A DNA stretch of 64,000 bases from Eledone cirrhosa (lineage: Eukaryota). Under the pieces are notes generated by a model. The model was not told the origin of the DNA and searched no databases. It was given only the letters and a program-made list of their open reading frames with translations. Every line of letters begins with the position of its first letter. The stretch's first letter is position 1. The stretch covers positions 248,001-312,000 of the forward strand of contig CAXHJY010000973.1 of the NCBI GenBank assembly GCA_964016885.1, read 5' to 3'. Shown here one piece after another: positions 10,561-24,400 of this stretch. The position numbers were made by a program, and so were the translations under genes.

Positions 10561-13500
10561 AGATGTGAGCTCCCAGAACTGTTTGGGAAGTCAGATGTGA
10601 GATGTGAGCTCCCAGAACTGTCTAGGGAGTCAGATGTGAGATGTGAGCTCCCAGAACTGTCTAGGGAGTCAGATGTGAGATGTGAGCTCCCAGAACTGTC
10701 TAGGGAGTCAGATGTGAGATGTGAGGGCCCAGAACTGTCCGGGAAGTCAGATTTGAGATGTGAGGGCCCAGAACTGTCTGGGAAGACAGATGTGAGATGT
10801 GAGGGCCCAGAACTGTCTAGGGAGTCAGATGTGAGATGTGAGAGCCCAGAACTGTCTAGGGAGTCAGATGTGAGATGTTAGGGCCCAGAACTGTCTGGGG
10901 AGTCAGATGTGAGATGTGAGCTCCCAGAACTGTCTGGGGAGTCAGACGTGAGATGTGAGGGCCCAGAACTGTCTGGGGAGTCAGATGTGAGATGTGAGGG
11001 CCCAGAACTGTCTGGGGAGTCAGATGTGAGATGTGAGGGCCCAGAACTATCTGGGGAGTCAGATGTGAGATGTGAGCTCCCAGAACTGTTTGGGGAGTCA
11101 GATGTGAGATGTGAGCTCCCAGAACTGTCTAGGGAGTCAGATGTGAGATGAGGGCCCAGAACTGTCTGGGGAGTCAGATGTGAGATGTGAGGGCCCAGAA
11201 CTGTCTGGGAAGTCAGATGTGAGATGTGAGGGCCCAGAACTGTCTAGGGAGTCAGATGTGAGATGTTAGGGCCCAGAACTGTCTGGGGAGTCTGATGTGA
11301 GATGTGAGGGCCCAGAACTGTCTAGGGAGTCAGATGTGAGATGTGAGCTCCCAGAACTGTCTAGGGAGTCAGATGTGAGATGTGAGCTCCCAGAACCGTC
11401 TGGGGAGTCAGATGTGAGATGTGAGCTCCCAGAACTGTCTGGGAAGTCAGATGTGAGGGCGCAGAACTGTCTGGGGAGTCAGATGTGAATGTGAGGGCCC
11501 AGAACTGTCTAGGGAGTTAGATGTGAGATGAGGGCCCAGAACTGTCTAGGGAGTCAGATGTGAGATGAGGGCACAGAACAGTCTAGGGAGTCAGATGTGA
11601 CATGTGAGGGCCCAGAACTATCTGGGGAGTCAGATGTGAGATGTGAGGGCCCAGAACTGTCTGGGGAGTCAGATGTGAGATGTGAGCTCCCAGAACTGTC
11701 TAGGGAGTCAGATGTGAGATGTTAGGGCCCAGAACTGTCTAGGGAGTCACATGTGAGATGTGAGCTCCCAGAACTGTCTGGGGAGTCAGGTGTGAGCTCC
11801 CAGAACTGTCTAGGGAGTCAGATGTGAGATGTGAGGGCCCAGACCTGTCTGGGAAGTCAGATGTGAGATGCGAGGGCCCAGAACTGTCTAGGGAGTCAGA
11901 TGTGAGATGTTAGGGCCCAGAACTGTCTGGGGAGTCAGATGTGAGATGTGAGCTCCCAGAACTGTCTAGGGAGTCAGATGTGATATGTGAGGGCCCAGAA
12001 CTGTCTAGGGAGTCAGATGTGAGATGTTAGGGCCCAGAACTGTCTAGAGAGTCAGATGTGAGATGTGAGCTCCCAGAACTATCTGGGGAGTCAGATGTGA
12101 GATGTGAGGGCCCAGAACTATCTGGGGAGTCAGATGTGAGATGTGAGATCCCAGAACTGTTTGGGAAGTCAGATGTGAGATGTGAGCTCCCAGAACTGTC
12201 TAGGGAGTCAGATGTGAGATGAGGGCCCAGAACTGTCTGGGAAGTCAGATGTGAGATGTGAGGGCCCAGAACTGTCTAGGGAGTCAGATGTGAGATGTTA
12301 GAGCCCAGAACTGTCTGGGGAGTCAGATGTGAGATGTGAGCTCCCAGAACTGTCTAGGGAGTCTGTGAGATGTGAGGGCCCAGAACTGTCTAGGGAATCA
12401 GATGTGAGATGTTAGGGCCCAGAACTGTCGAGGGAGTCAGATGTGAGGGCCCAGAACTGTCGAGGGAGTCAGATGTGAGATGTGAGGGCCCAGAACTGTC
12501 TAGGGAGTCAGGTGTGAGATGTCAGGGCCTAGAACTGTCTGGGGAGTCAGATGTGAGATGTGAGCTCCCAGAACTGTCTAGGGGGTTAGATGTGAGATGT
12601 GAGGGCCCAGAACTGTCTAGGGAGTCAGGTGTGAGATGTCAGGGCCTAGAACTGTCTGGGGAGTCAGATGTGAGATGTGAGCTCCCAGAACTGTCTGGGG
12701 AGTCAGATGTGAGATGTGAGCTCCCAGAACTGTTTGGGAAGTCAGATGTGAGATGTGAGCTCCCAGAACTGTCTAGGGAGTCAGATGTGAGATGTGAGCT
12801 CCCAGAACTGTCTGGGGAGTCAGATGTGAGATGAGGGCACAGAACTGTCTGGGGAGTCAGATGTGAGATGTGAGCTCCCAGAACTGTCTAGGGAGTCAGA
12901 TGTGAGATGTGAGGGCCCAGAACTGTCCGGGAAGTCAGATTTGAGATGTGAGGGCCCAGAACTGTCTGGGAAGTCAGATGTGAGATGTGAGGGCCCAGAA
13001 CTGTCTAGGGAGTCAGATGTGAGATGTGAGAGCCCAGAACTGTCTAGGGAGTCAGATGTGAGATGTTAGGGCCCAGAACTGTCTGGGGAGTCAGATGTGA
13101 GATGTGAGCTCCCAGAACTGTCTAGGGAGTCAGATGTGAGATGAGGGCCCAGAACTGTCTGGGGAGTCAGATGTGAGATGTGAGGGCCCAGAACTGTCTG
13201 GGAAGTCAGATGTGAGATGTGAGGGCCCAGAACTGTCTAGGGAGTCAGATGTGAGATGTTAGGGCCCAGAACTGTCTGGGGAGTCTGATGTGAGATGTGA
13301 GGGCCCAGAACTGTCTAGGGAGTCAGATGTGAGATGTTAGGGCCCAGAACTGTCTGGGGAGTCAGATGTGAGATGTGAGCTCCCAGAACTGTCTAGGGAG
13401 TCTGTGAGATGTGAGGGCCCAGAACTGTCTAGGGAATCAGATGTGAGATGTTAGGGCCCAGAACTGTCGAGGGAGTCAGATGTGAGATGTGAGGGCCCAG

Positions 13501-15689
13501 AACTGTCGAGGGAGTCAGATGTGAGATGTGAGGGCCCAGAACTGTCTAGGGAGTCAGGTGTGAGATGTCAGGGCCTAGAACTGTCTGGGGAGTCAGATGT
13601 GAGATGTGAGCTCCCAGAACTGTCTAGGGGGTTAGATGTGAGATGTGAGGGCCCAGAACTGTCTAGGGAGTCAGGTGTGAGATGTCAGGGCCTAGAACTG
13701 TCTGGGGAGTCAGATGTGAGATGTGAGCTCCCAGAACTGTCTGGGGAGTCAGATGTGAGATGTGAGCTCCCAGAACTGTTTGGGAAGTCAGATGTGAGAT
13801 GTGAGCTCTCAGAACTGTCTAGGGAGTCAGATGTGAGATGTGAGCTCCCAGAACTGTCTGGGGAGTCAGATGTGAGATGAGGGCACAGAACTGTCTGGGA
13901 GTCAGATGTGAGATGTGAGCTCCCAGAACTGTCTAGGGAGTCAGATGTGAGATGTGAGGGCCCAGAACTGTCCGGGAAGTCAGATTTGAGATGTGAGGGC
14001 CCAGAACTGTCCGGGAAGTCAGATGTGAGATGTGAGGGCCCAGAACTGTCTAGGGAGTCAGATGTGAGATGTGAGAGCCCAGAACTGTCTAGGGAGTCAG
14101 ATGTGAGATGTTAGGGCCCAGAACTGTCTGGGGAGTCAGATGTGAGATGTGAGCTCCCAGAACTGTCTGGGGAGTCAGATGTGAGATGTGAGGGCCCAGA
14201 ACTGTCTGGGGAGTCAGATGTGAGATGTGAGCTCGCAGAACTATCTGGGGAGTCAGATGTGAGATGTGAGCTCCCAGAACTGTTTGGGGAGTCAGATGTG
14301 AGATGTGAGCTCGCAGAACTATCTGGGGAGTCAGATGTGAGATGTGAGGGCCCAGAACTGTCTGGGGAGTCAGATGTGAGATGTGAGCTCCCAGAACTAT
14401 CTGGGGAGTCAGATGTGAGATGTGAGCTCCCAGAACTGTTTGGGGAGTCAGATGTGAGATGTGAGCTCCCAGAACTGTCTAGGGAGTCAGATGTGAGATG
14501 AGGGCCCAGAACTGTCTGGGGAGTCAGATGTGAGATGTGAGGGCCCAGAACTATCTGGGGAGTCAGATGTGAGATGTGAGGGCCCAGAACTGTCTGGGGA
14601 GTCAGATGTGAGATGTGAGCTCCCAGAACTGTCTAGGGAGTCAGATGTGAGATGTGAGCTCCCAGAACTGTCTAGGGAGTCAGATGTGATATATGAGGGC
14701 CCAGAACTGTCTAGGGAGTCAGATGTGAGATGTTAGGGCCCAGAACTGTCTAGAGAGTCAGATGTGAGATGTGAGCTCCCAGAACTGTCTGGGGAGTCAG
14801 GTGTGAGCTCCCAGAACTGTCTAGGGAGTCAGATGTGAGATGTGAGGGCCCAGACCTGTCTGGGAAGTCAGATGTGAGATGCGAGGGCCCAGAACTGTCT
14901 AGGGAGTCAGATGTGAGATGTTAGGGCCCAGAACTGTCTGGGGAGTCAGATGTGAGATGTGAGCTCCCAGAACTGTCTAGGGAGTCAGATGTGATATATG
15001 AGGGCCCAGAACTGTCTAGGGAGTCAGATGTGAGATGTTAGGGCCCAGAACTGTCTAGAGAGTCAGATGTGAGATGTGAGCTCCCAGAACTATCTGGGGA
15101 GTCAGATGTGAGATGTGAGGGCCCAGAACTATCTGGGGAGTCAGATGTGAGATGTGAGATCCCAGAACTGTCTGGGAAGTCAGATGTGAGATGTGAGGGC
15201 CCAGAACTGTCTAGGGAGTCAGATGTGAGATGTTAGAGCCCAGAACTGTCTGGGGAGTCAGATGTGAGATGTGAGCTCCCAGAACTGTCTAGGGAGTCTG
15301 TGAGATGTGAGGGCCCAGAACTGTCTAGGGAATCAGATGTGAGATGTGAGGGCCCAGAACTGTCGAGGGAGTCAGATGTGAGATGTGAGGGCCCAGAACT
15401 GTCTAGGGAGTCAGGTGTGAGATGTCAGGGCCTAGAACTGTCTGGGGAGTCAGATGTGAGATGTGAGCTCCCAGAACTGTCTAGGGGGTTAGATGTGAGA
15501 TGTGAGGGCCCAGAACTGTCTAGGGAGTCAGGTGTGAGATGTGAGGGCCTAGAACTGTCTGGGGAGTCAGATGTGAGATGTGAGCTCCCAGAACTGTCTG
15601 GGGAGTCAGATGTGAGATGTGAGCTCCCAGAACTGTTTGGGAAGTCAGATGTGAGATGTGAGCTCCCAGAACTGTCTAGGGAGTCAGAT

Positions 15690-18460
15690 GTGAGATGTGA
15701 GCTCCCAGAACTGTCTAGGGAGTCAGATGTGAGATGAGGGCACAGAACAGTCTAGGGAGTCAGATGTGAGATGTGAGCTCCCAGAACTGTCTAGGGAGTC
15801 AGATGTGAGATGAGGGCACAGAACAGTCTAGGGAGTCAGATGTGACATGTGAGGGCCCAGAACTATCTGGGGAGTCAGATGTGAGATGTGAGGGCCCAGA
15901 ACTGTCTGGGGAGTCAGATGTGAGATGTGAGCTCCCAGAACTGTCTAGGGAGTCAGATGTGAGATGTTAGGGCCCAGAACTGTCTAGGGAGTCACATGTG
16001 AGATGTGAGCTCCCAGAACTGTCTGGGGAGTCAGGTGTGAGCTCCCAGAACTGTCTAGGGAGTCAGATGTGAGATGTGAGGGCCCAGACCTGTCTGGGAA
16101 GTCAGATGTGAGATGCGAGGGCCCAGAACTGTCTAGGGAGTCAGATGTGAGATGTTAGGGCCCAGAACTGTCTGGGGAGTCAGATGTGAGATGTGAGCTC
16201 CCAGAACTGTCTAGGGAGTCAGATGTGATATGTGAGGGCCCAGAACTGTCTAGGGAGTCAGATGTGAGATGTTAGGGCCCAGAACTGTCTAGAGAGTCAG
16301 ATGTGAGATGTGAGCTCCCAGAACTATCTGGGGAGTCAGATGTGAGATGTGAGGGCCCAGAACTATCTGGGGAGTCAGATGTGAGATGTGAGATCCCAGA
16401 ACTGTTTGGGAAGTCAGATGTGAGATGTGAGCTCCCAGAACTGTCTAGGGAGTCAGATGTGAGATGAGGGCCCAGAACTGTCTGGGAAGTCAGATGTGAG
16501 ATGTGAGGGCCCAGAACTGTCTAGGGAGTCAGATGTGAGATGTTAGAGCCCAGAACTGTCTGGGGAGTCAGATGTGAGATGTGAGCTCCCAGAACTGTCT
16601 AGGGAGTCTGTGAGATGTGAGGGCCCAGAACTGTCTAGGGAATCAGATGTGAGATGTTAGGGCCCAGAACTGTCGAGGGAGTCAGATGTGAGATGTGAGG
16701 GCCCAGAACTGTCGAGGGAGTCAGATGTGAGATGTGAGGGCCCAGAACTGTCTAGGGAGTCAGGTGTGAGATGTCAGGGCCTAGAACTGTCTGGGGAGTC
16801 AGATGTGAGATGTGAGCTCCCAGAACTGTCTAGGGGGTTAGATGTGAGATGTGAGGGCCCAGAACTGTCTAGGGAGTCAGGTGTGAGATGTCAGGGCCTA
16901 GAACTGTCTGGGGAGTCAGATGTGAGATGTGAGCTCCCAGAACTGTCTGGGGAGTCAGATGTGAGATGTGAGCTCCCAGAACTGTTTGGGAAGTCAGATG
17001 TGAGATGTGAGCTCCCAGAACTGTCTAGGGAGTCAGATGTGAGATGTGAGGGCCCAGAACTGTCTGGGAAGTCAGATGTGAGATGTGAGCTCCCAGAACT
17101 GTCTAGGGAGTCAGATGTGAGATGAGGGCACAGAACAGTCTAGGGAGTCAGATGTGAGATGTGAGCTCCCAGAACTGTCTAGGGAGTCAGATGTGAGATG
17201 AGGGCACAGAACAGTCTAGGGAGTCAGATGTGACATGTGAGGGCCCAGAACTATCTGGGGAGTCAGATGTGAGATGTGAGGGCCCAGAACTGTCTGGGGA
17301 GTCAGATGTGAGATGTGAGCTCCCAGAACTGTCTAGGGAGTCAGATGTGAGATGTTAGGGCCCAGAACTGTCTAGGGAGTCACATGTGAGATGTGAGCTC
17401 CCAGAACTGTCTGGGGAGTCAGGTGTGAGCTCCCAGAACTGTCTAGGGAGTCAGATGTGAGATGTGAGGGCCCAGACCTGTCTGGGAAGTCAGATGTGAG
17501 ATGCGAGGGCCCAGAACTGTCTAGGGAGTCAGATGTGAGATGTTAGGGCCCAGAACTGTCTGGGGAGTCAGATGTGAGATGTGAGCTCCCAGAACTGTCT
17601 AGGGAGTCAGATGTGATATGTGAGGGCCCAGAACTGTCTAGGGAGTCAGATGTGAGATGTTAGGGCCCAGAACTGTCTAGAGAGTCAGATGTGAGATGTG
17701 AGCTCCCAGAACTATCTGGGGAGTCAGATGTGAGATGTGAGGGCCCAGAACTATCTGGGGAGTCAGATGTGAGATGTGAGATCCCAGAACTGTTTGGGAA
17801 GTCAGATGTGAGATGTGAGCTCCCAGAACTGTCTAGGGAGTCAGATGTGAGATGAGGGCCCAGAACTGTCTGGGAAGTCAGATGTGAGGGCCCAGAACTG
17901 TCTAGGGAGTCAGATGTGAGATGTTAGAGCCCAGAACTGTCTGGGGAGTCAGATGTGAGATGTGAGCTCCCAGAACTGTCTAGGGAGTCTGTGAGATGTG
18001 AGGGCCCAGAACTGTCTAGGGAATCAGATGTGAGATGTTAGGGCCCAGAACTGTCGAGGGAGTCAGATGTGAGATGTGAGGGCCCAGAACTGTCGAGGGA
18101 GTCAGATGTGAGATGTGAGGGCCCAGAACTGTCTAGGGAGTCAGGTGTGAGATGTCAGGGCCTAGAACTGTCTGGGGAGTCAGATGTGAGATGTGAGCTC
18201 CCAGAACTGTCTAGGGGGTTAGATGTGAGATGTGAGGGCCCAGAACTGTCTAGGGAGTCAGGTGTGAGATGTCAGGGCCTAGAACTGTCTGGGGAGTCAG
18301 ATGTGAGATGTGAGCTCCCAGAACTGTCTGGGGAGTCAGATGTGAGATGTGAGCTCCCAGAACTGTTTGGGAAGTCAGATGTGAGATGTGAGCTCCCAGA
18401 ACTGTCTAGGGAGTCAGATGTGAGATGTGAGGGCCCAGAACTGTCTGGGAAGTCAGATGT
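15690..18460 (+). repeat. Local tandem duplication, period 1,388 bp, falling to 1,381 bp after a 7-bp deletion near 17881
   Basis: GATGAGGGCACAGAACAG at 15733/17121, CAGACC at 16085/17473, and ORF starts 16688/18069. Boundaries are approximate. Confidence 0.85.
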
Positions 18461-21400
18461 GAGATGTGAGGGCCCAGAACTGTCTAGGGAGTCAGATGTG
18501 AGATGTGAGAGCCCAGAACTGTCTAGGGAGTCAGATGTGAGATGTTAGGGCCCAGAACTGTCTGGGGAGTCAGATGTGAGATGTGAGCTCCCAGAACTGT
18601 CTAGGGAGTCAGATGTGAGATGTGAGGGCCCAGAACTGTCCGGGAAGTCAGATTTGAGATGCGAGGGCCCAGAACTGTCTGGGAAGTCAGATGTGAGATG
18701 TGAGGGCCCAGAACTGTCTGGGAAGTCAGATGTGAGATGTGAGCTCCCAGAACTGTCTGGGGAGTCAGATGTGAGATGAGGGCACAGAACTGTCTGGGGA
18801 GTCAGATGTGAGATGTGAGCTCCCAGAACTGTCTAGGGAGTCAGATGTGAGATGTGAGGGCCCAGAACTGTCCGGGAAGTCAGATTTGAGATGTGAGGGC
18901 CCAGAACTGTCTGGGAAGTCAGATGTGAGATGTGAGGGCCCAGAACTGTCTAGGGAGTCAGATGTGAGATGTGAGAGCCCAGAACTGTCTAGGGAGTCAG
19001 ATGTGAGATGTTAGGGCCCAGAACTGTCTGGGGAGTCAGATGTGAGATGTGAGCTCCCAGAACTGTCTAGGGAGTCAGATGTGAGATGAGGGCCCAGAAC
19101 TGTCTGGGGAGTCAGATGTGAGATGTGAGGGCCCAGAACTGTCTGGGAAGTCAGATGTGAGATGTGAGGGCCCAGAACTGTCTAGGGAGTCAGATGTGAG
19201 ATGTTAGGGCCCAGAACTGTCTGGGGAGTCTGATGTGAGATGTGAGGGCCCAGAACTGTCTAGGGAGTCAGATGTGAGATGTGAGCTCCCAGAACTGTCT
19301 AGGGAGTCAGATGTGAGATGTGAGCTCCCAGAACTGTCTGGGGAGTCAGATGTGAGATGTGAGCTCCCAGAACTGTCTGGGAAGTCAGATGTGAGGGCGC
19401 AGAGCTGTCTGGGGAGTCAGATGTGAATGTGAGGGCCCAGAACTGTCTAGGGAGTTAGATGTGAGATGAGGGCCCAGAACTGTCTAGGGAGTCAGATGTG
19501 AGATGAGGGCACAGAACTGTCTAGGGAGTCAGATGTGAGATGTGAGGGCCCAGAACTATCTGGGGAGTCAGATGTGAGATGTGAGCTCCCAGAACTGTTT
19601 GGGGAGTCAGATGTGAGATGTGAGCTCCCAGAACTGTCTAGGGAGTCAGATGTGAGATGTGAGCTCCCAGAACTGTCTAGGGAGTCAGATGTGAGATGTG
19701 AGCTCCCAGAACTGTCTAGGGAGTCAGATGTGAGATGTGAGCTCCCAGAACTGTCTGGGGAGTCAGATGTGAGATGTGAGCTCCCAGAACTGTCTAGGGA
19801 GTCAGGTGTGAGCTCCCAGAACTGTCTAGGGAGTCAGATGTGAGATGTGAGGGCCCAGAACTGTCTGGGGACTCAGATGTGAGATGTGAGGGCCCAGAAC
19901 TGTCTAGGGAGTCAGATGTGATATGTGAGGGCCCAGAACTGTCTAGGGAGTCAGATGTGATATGTGAGGGCCCAGAACTGTCTAGGGAGTCAGATGTGAT
20001 ATGTGAGGGCACAGAACTGTCTGGGGAGTCAGATGTGAGATGTGAGCTCCCAGAACTGTCTAGGGAGTCAGATGTGAGATGTGAGGGCCCAGAACTGTCT
20101 GGGGAGTCAGATGTGAGATGTGAGCTCCCAGAACTGTCTAGGGAGTCAGATGTGAGATGTGAGGGCCCAGAACTATCTGGGGACTCAGATGTGAGATGTG
20201 AGGGCCCAGAACTGTCTAGGGAGTCATGTGAGATGTGAGCTCCCAGAACTGTCTGGGGAGTCAGGTGTGAGCTCCCAGAACTGTTTGGGGAGTCAGATGT
20301 GAGATGTGAGCTCGCAGAACTATCTGGGGAGTCAGATGTGAGATGTGAGCTCCCAGAACTGTTTGGGGAGTCAGATGTGAGATCCCAGAACTGTCTAGGG
20401 AGTCAGATGTGAGATGTGAGCTCCCAGAACTGTCTAGGGAGTCAGATGTGAGATGTGAGGGCACAGAACTGTCTGGGGAGTCAGATGTGAGATGTGAGCT
20501 CCCAGAACTGTCTAGGGAGTCAGATGTGAGATGTGAGGGCCCAGAACTGTCTAGGGAGTCACATGTGAGATGTGAGCTCCCAGAACTGTCTGGGGAGTCA
20601 GGTTGAGCTCCCAGAACTGTCTAGGGAGTCAGATGTGAGATGTGAGGGCACAGAACTGTCTGGGGAGTCAGATGTGAGATGTGAGCTCCCAGAACTGTCT
20701 AGGGAGTCAGATGTGATATGTGATATGTGAGGGCCCAGAACTGTCTAGGGAGTCACATGTGAGATGTGAGCTCCCAGAACTGTCTGGGGAGTCAGGTTGA
20801 GCTCCCAGAACTGTCTAGGGAGTCAGATGTGAGATGTGAGCTCCCAGAACTGTCCGGGAAGTCAGATTTGAGATGTGAGGGCCCAGAACTGTCTGGGGAG
20901 TCAGGTTGAGCTCCCAGAACTGTCTAGGGAGTCAGATGTGAGATGTGAGGGCCCAGAACTGTCCGGGAAGTCAGATTTGAGATGTGAGGGCCCAGAACTG
21001 TCTGGGGAGTCAGATGTGAGATGTGAGGGCCCAGAACTGTCTGGGGAGTCAGATGTGAGATGTGAGCTCCCAGCACTGTCTAGGGAGTCAGATGTGAGAT
21101 GTGAGGGCCCAGAACTGTCCGGGAAGTCAGATGTGAGATGTGAGCTACCAGAACTGTCTGGGGAGTCAGATGTGAGATGTGAGGGCCCAGAACTATCTAG
21201 GGAGTCAGATGTGAGATGTTAGGGCCCAGAACTGTCTGGGGAGTCAGATGTGAGATGTGAGGGCCCAGAACTATCTGGGGAGTCAGATGTGAGATGTGAG
21301 GGCCCAGAACTGTCTGGGGAGTCAGATGTGAGATGTGAGCTCGCAGAACTATCTGGGGAGTCAGATGTGAGATGTGAGCTCCCAGAACTGTTTGGGGAGT

Positions 21401-24400
21401 CAGATGTGAGATGTGAGCTCGCAGAACTATCTGGGGAGTCAGATGTGAGATGTGAGGGCCCAGAACTGTCTGGGGAGTCAGATGTGACATGTGAGCTCCC
21501 AGAACTATCTGGGGAGTCAGATGTGAGGTGTGAGCTCCCAGAACTGTTTGGGGAGTCAGATGTGAGATGTGAGCTCCCAGAACTGTCTAGGGAGTCAGAT
21601 GTGAGATGAGGGCCCAGAACTGTCTGGGGAGTCAGATGTGAGATGTGAGGGCCCAGAACTATCTGGGGAGTCAGATGTGAGATGTGAGGGCCCAGAACTG
21701 TCTGGGGAGTCAGATGTGAGATGTGAGCTCCCAGAACTGTCTAGGGAGTCAGATGTGAGATGTGAGGGCCCAGAACTGTCTAGGGAGTCAGATGTGAATG
21801 TGAGGGCCCAGAACTGTCTAGGGAGTCAGATGTGAGATGTTAGGGCCCAGAACTGTCTAGGGAGTCACATGTGAGATGTGAGCTCCCAGAACTGTCTGGG
21901 GAGTCAGGTGTGAGCTCCCAGAACTGTCTAGGGAGTCAGATGTGAGATGTGAGGGCCCAGACCTGTCTGGGAAGTCAGATGTGAGATGCGAGGGCCCAGA
22001 ACTGTCTAGGGAGTCAGATGTGAGATGTTAGGGCCCAGAACTGTCTGGGGAGTCAGATGTGAGATGTGAGCTCCCAGAACTGTCTAGGGAGTCAGATGTG
22101 ATATGTGAGGGCCCAGAACTGTCTAGGGAGTCAGATGTGAGATGTTAGGGCCCAGAACTGTCTAGAGAGTCAGATGTGAGATGTGAGCTCCCAGAACTAT
22201 CTGGGGAGTCAGATGTGAGATGTGAGGGCCCAGAACTATCTGGGGAGTCAGATGTGAGATGTGAGATCCCAGAACTGTTTGGGAAGTCAGATGTGAGATG
22301 TGAGCTCCCAGAACTGTCTAGGGAGTCAGATGTGAGATGAGGGCCCAGAACTGTCTGGGAAGTCAGATGTGAGATGTGAGGGCCCAGAACTGTCTAGGGA
22401 GTCAGATGTGAGATGTTAGGGCCCAGAACTGTCTGGGGAGTCAGATGTGAGATGTGAGCTCCCAGAACTGTCTAGGGAGTCTGTGAGATGTGAGGGCCCA
22501 GAACTGTCTAGGGAATCAGATGTGAGATGTTAGGGCCCAGAACTGTCGAGGGAGTCAGATGTGAGATGTGAGGGCCCAGAACTGTCGAGGGAGTCAGATG
22601 TGAGATGTGAGGGCCCAGAACTGTCTAGGGAGTCAGGTGTGAGATGTCAGGGCCTAGAACTGTCTGGGGAGTCCGATGTGAGATGTGAGCTCCCAGAACT
22701 GTCTAGGGGGTTAGATGTGAGATGTGAGGGCCCAGAACTGTCTAGGGAGTCAGGTGTGAGATGTCAGGGCCTAGAACTGTCTGGGGAGTCAGATGTGAGA
22801 TGTGAGCTCCCAGAACTGTCTGGGGAGTCAGATGTGAGGTGTGAGGGCCCAGAACTGTCTGGGGAGTCAGATGTGAGATGTGAGCTCCCAGAACTGTTTG
22901 GGAAGTCAGATGTGACATGTGAGCTCCCAGAACTGTCTAGGGAGTCAGATGTGAGATGTGAGCTCCCAGAACTGTCTGGGGAGTCAGATGTGAGATGAGG
23001 GCACAGAACTGTCTGGGGAGTCAGATGTGAGATGTGAGCTCCCAGAACTGTCTGGGGAGTCAGATGTGAGATGAGGGCACAGAACTGTCTGGGGAGTCAG
23101 ATGTGAGATGTGAGCTCCCAGAACTGTCTGGGGAGTCAGATGTGAGATGTGAGGGCCCAGAACTGTCTAGGGAGTCAGATGTGAGATGTTAGGGCCCAGA
23201 ACTGTCTGGGGAGTCAGATGTGAGATGTGAGGGCCCAGAACTATCTGGGGAGTCAGATGTGAGATGTGAGGGCCCAGAACTGTCTGGGGAGTCAGATGTG
23301 AGATGTGAGCTCGCAGAACTATCTGGGGAGTCAGATGTGAGATGTGAGGGCCCAGAACTGTTTGGGGAGTCAGATGTGAGATGTGAGCTCGCAGAACTAT
23401 CTGGGGAGTCAGATGTGAGATGTGAGGGCCCAGAACTGTCTGGGGAGTCAGATGTGAGATGTGAGCTCCCAGAACTATCTGGGGAGTCAGATGTGAGATG
23501 TGAGCTCCCAGAACTGTTTGGGGAGTCAGATGTGAGATGTGAGCTCCCAGAACTGTCTAGGGAGTCAGATGTGAGATGAGGGCCCAGAACTGTCTGGGGA
23601 GTCAGATGTGAGATGTGAGGGCCCAGAACTATCTGGGGAGTCAGATGTGAGATGTGAGGGCCCAGAACTGTCTGGGGAGTCAGATGTGAGATGTGAGCTC
23701 CCAGAACTGTCTAGGGAGTCAGATGTGAGATGTGAGGGCCCAGAACTGTCTAGGGAGTCAGATGTGAATGTGAGGGCCCAGAACTGTCTAGGGAGTCAGA
23801 TGTGAGATGTTAGGGCCCAGAACTGTCTAGGGAGTCACATGTGAGATGTGAGCTCCCAGAACTGTCTGGGGAGTCAGGTGTGAGCTCCCAGAACTGTCTA
23901 GGGAGTCAGATGTGAGATGTGAGGGCCCAGACCTGTCTGGGAAGTCAGATGTGAGATGCGAGGGCCCAGAACTGTCTAGGGAGTCAGATGTGAGATGTTA
24001 GGGCCCAGAACTGTCTGGGGAGTCAGATGTGAGATGTGAGCTCCCAGAACTGTGTAGGGAGTCAGATGTGATATGTGAGGGCCCAGAACTGTCTAGGGAG
24101 TCAGATGTGAGATGTTAGGGCCCAGAACTGTCTAGAGAGTCAGATGTGAGATGTGAGCTCCCAGAACTATCTGGGGAGTCAGATGTGAGATGTGAGGGCC
24201 CAGAACTATCTGGGGAGTCAGATGTGAGATGTGAGATCCCAGAACTCTTTGGGAAGTCAGATGTGAGATGTGAGCTCCCAGAACTGTCTAGGGAGTCAGA
24301 TGTGAGATGAGGGCCCAGAACTGTCTGGGAAGTCAGATGTGAGATGTGAGGGCCCAGAACTGTCTAGGGAGTCAGATGTGAGATGTTAGGGCCCAGAACT

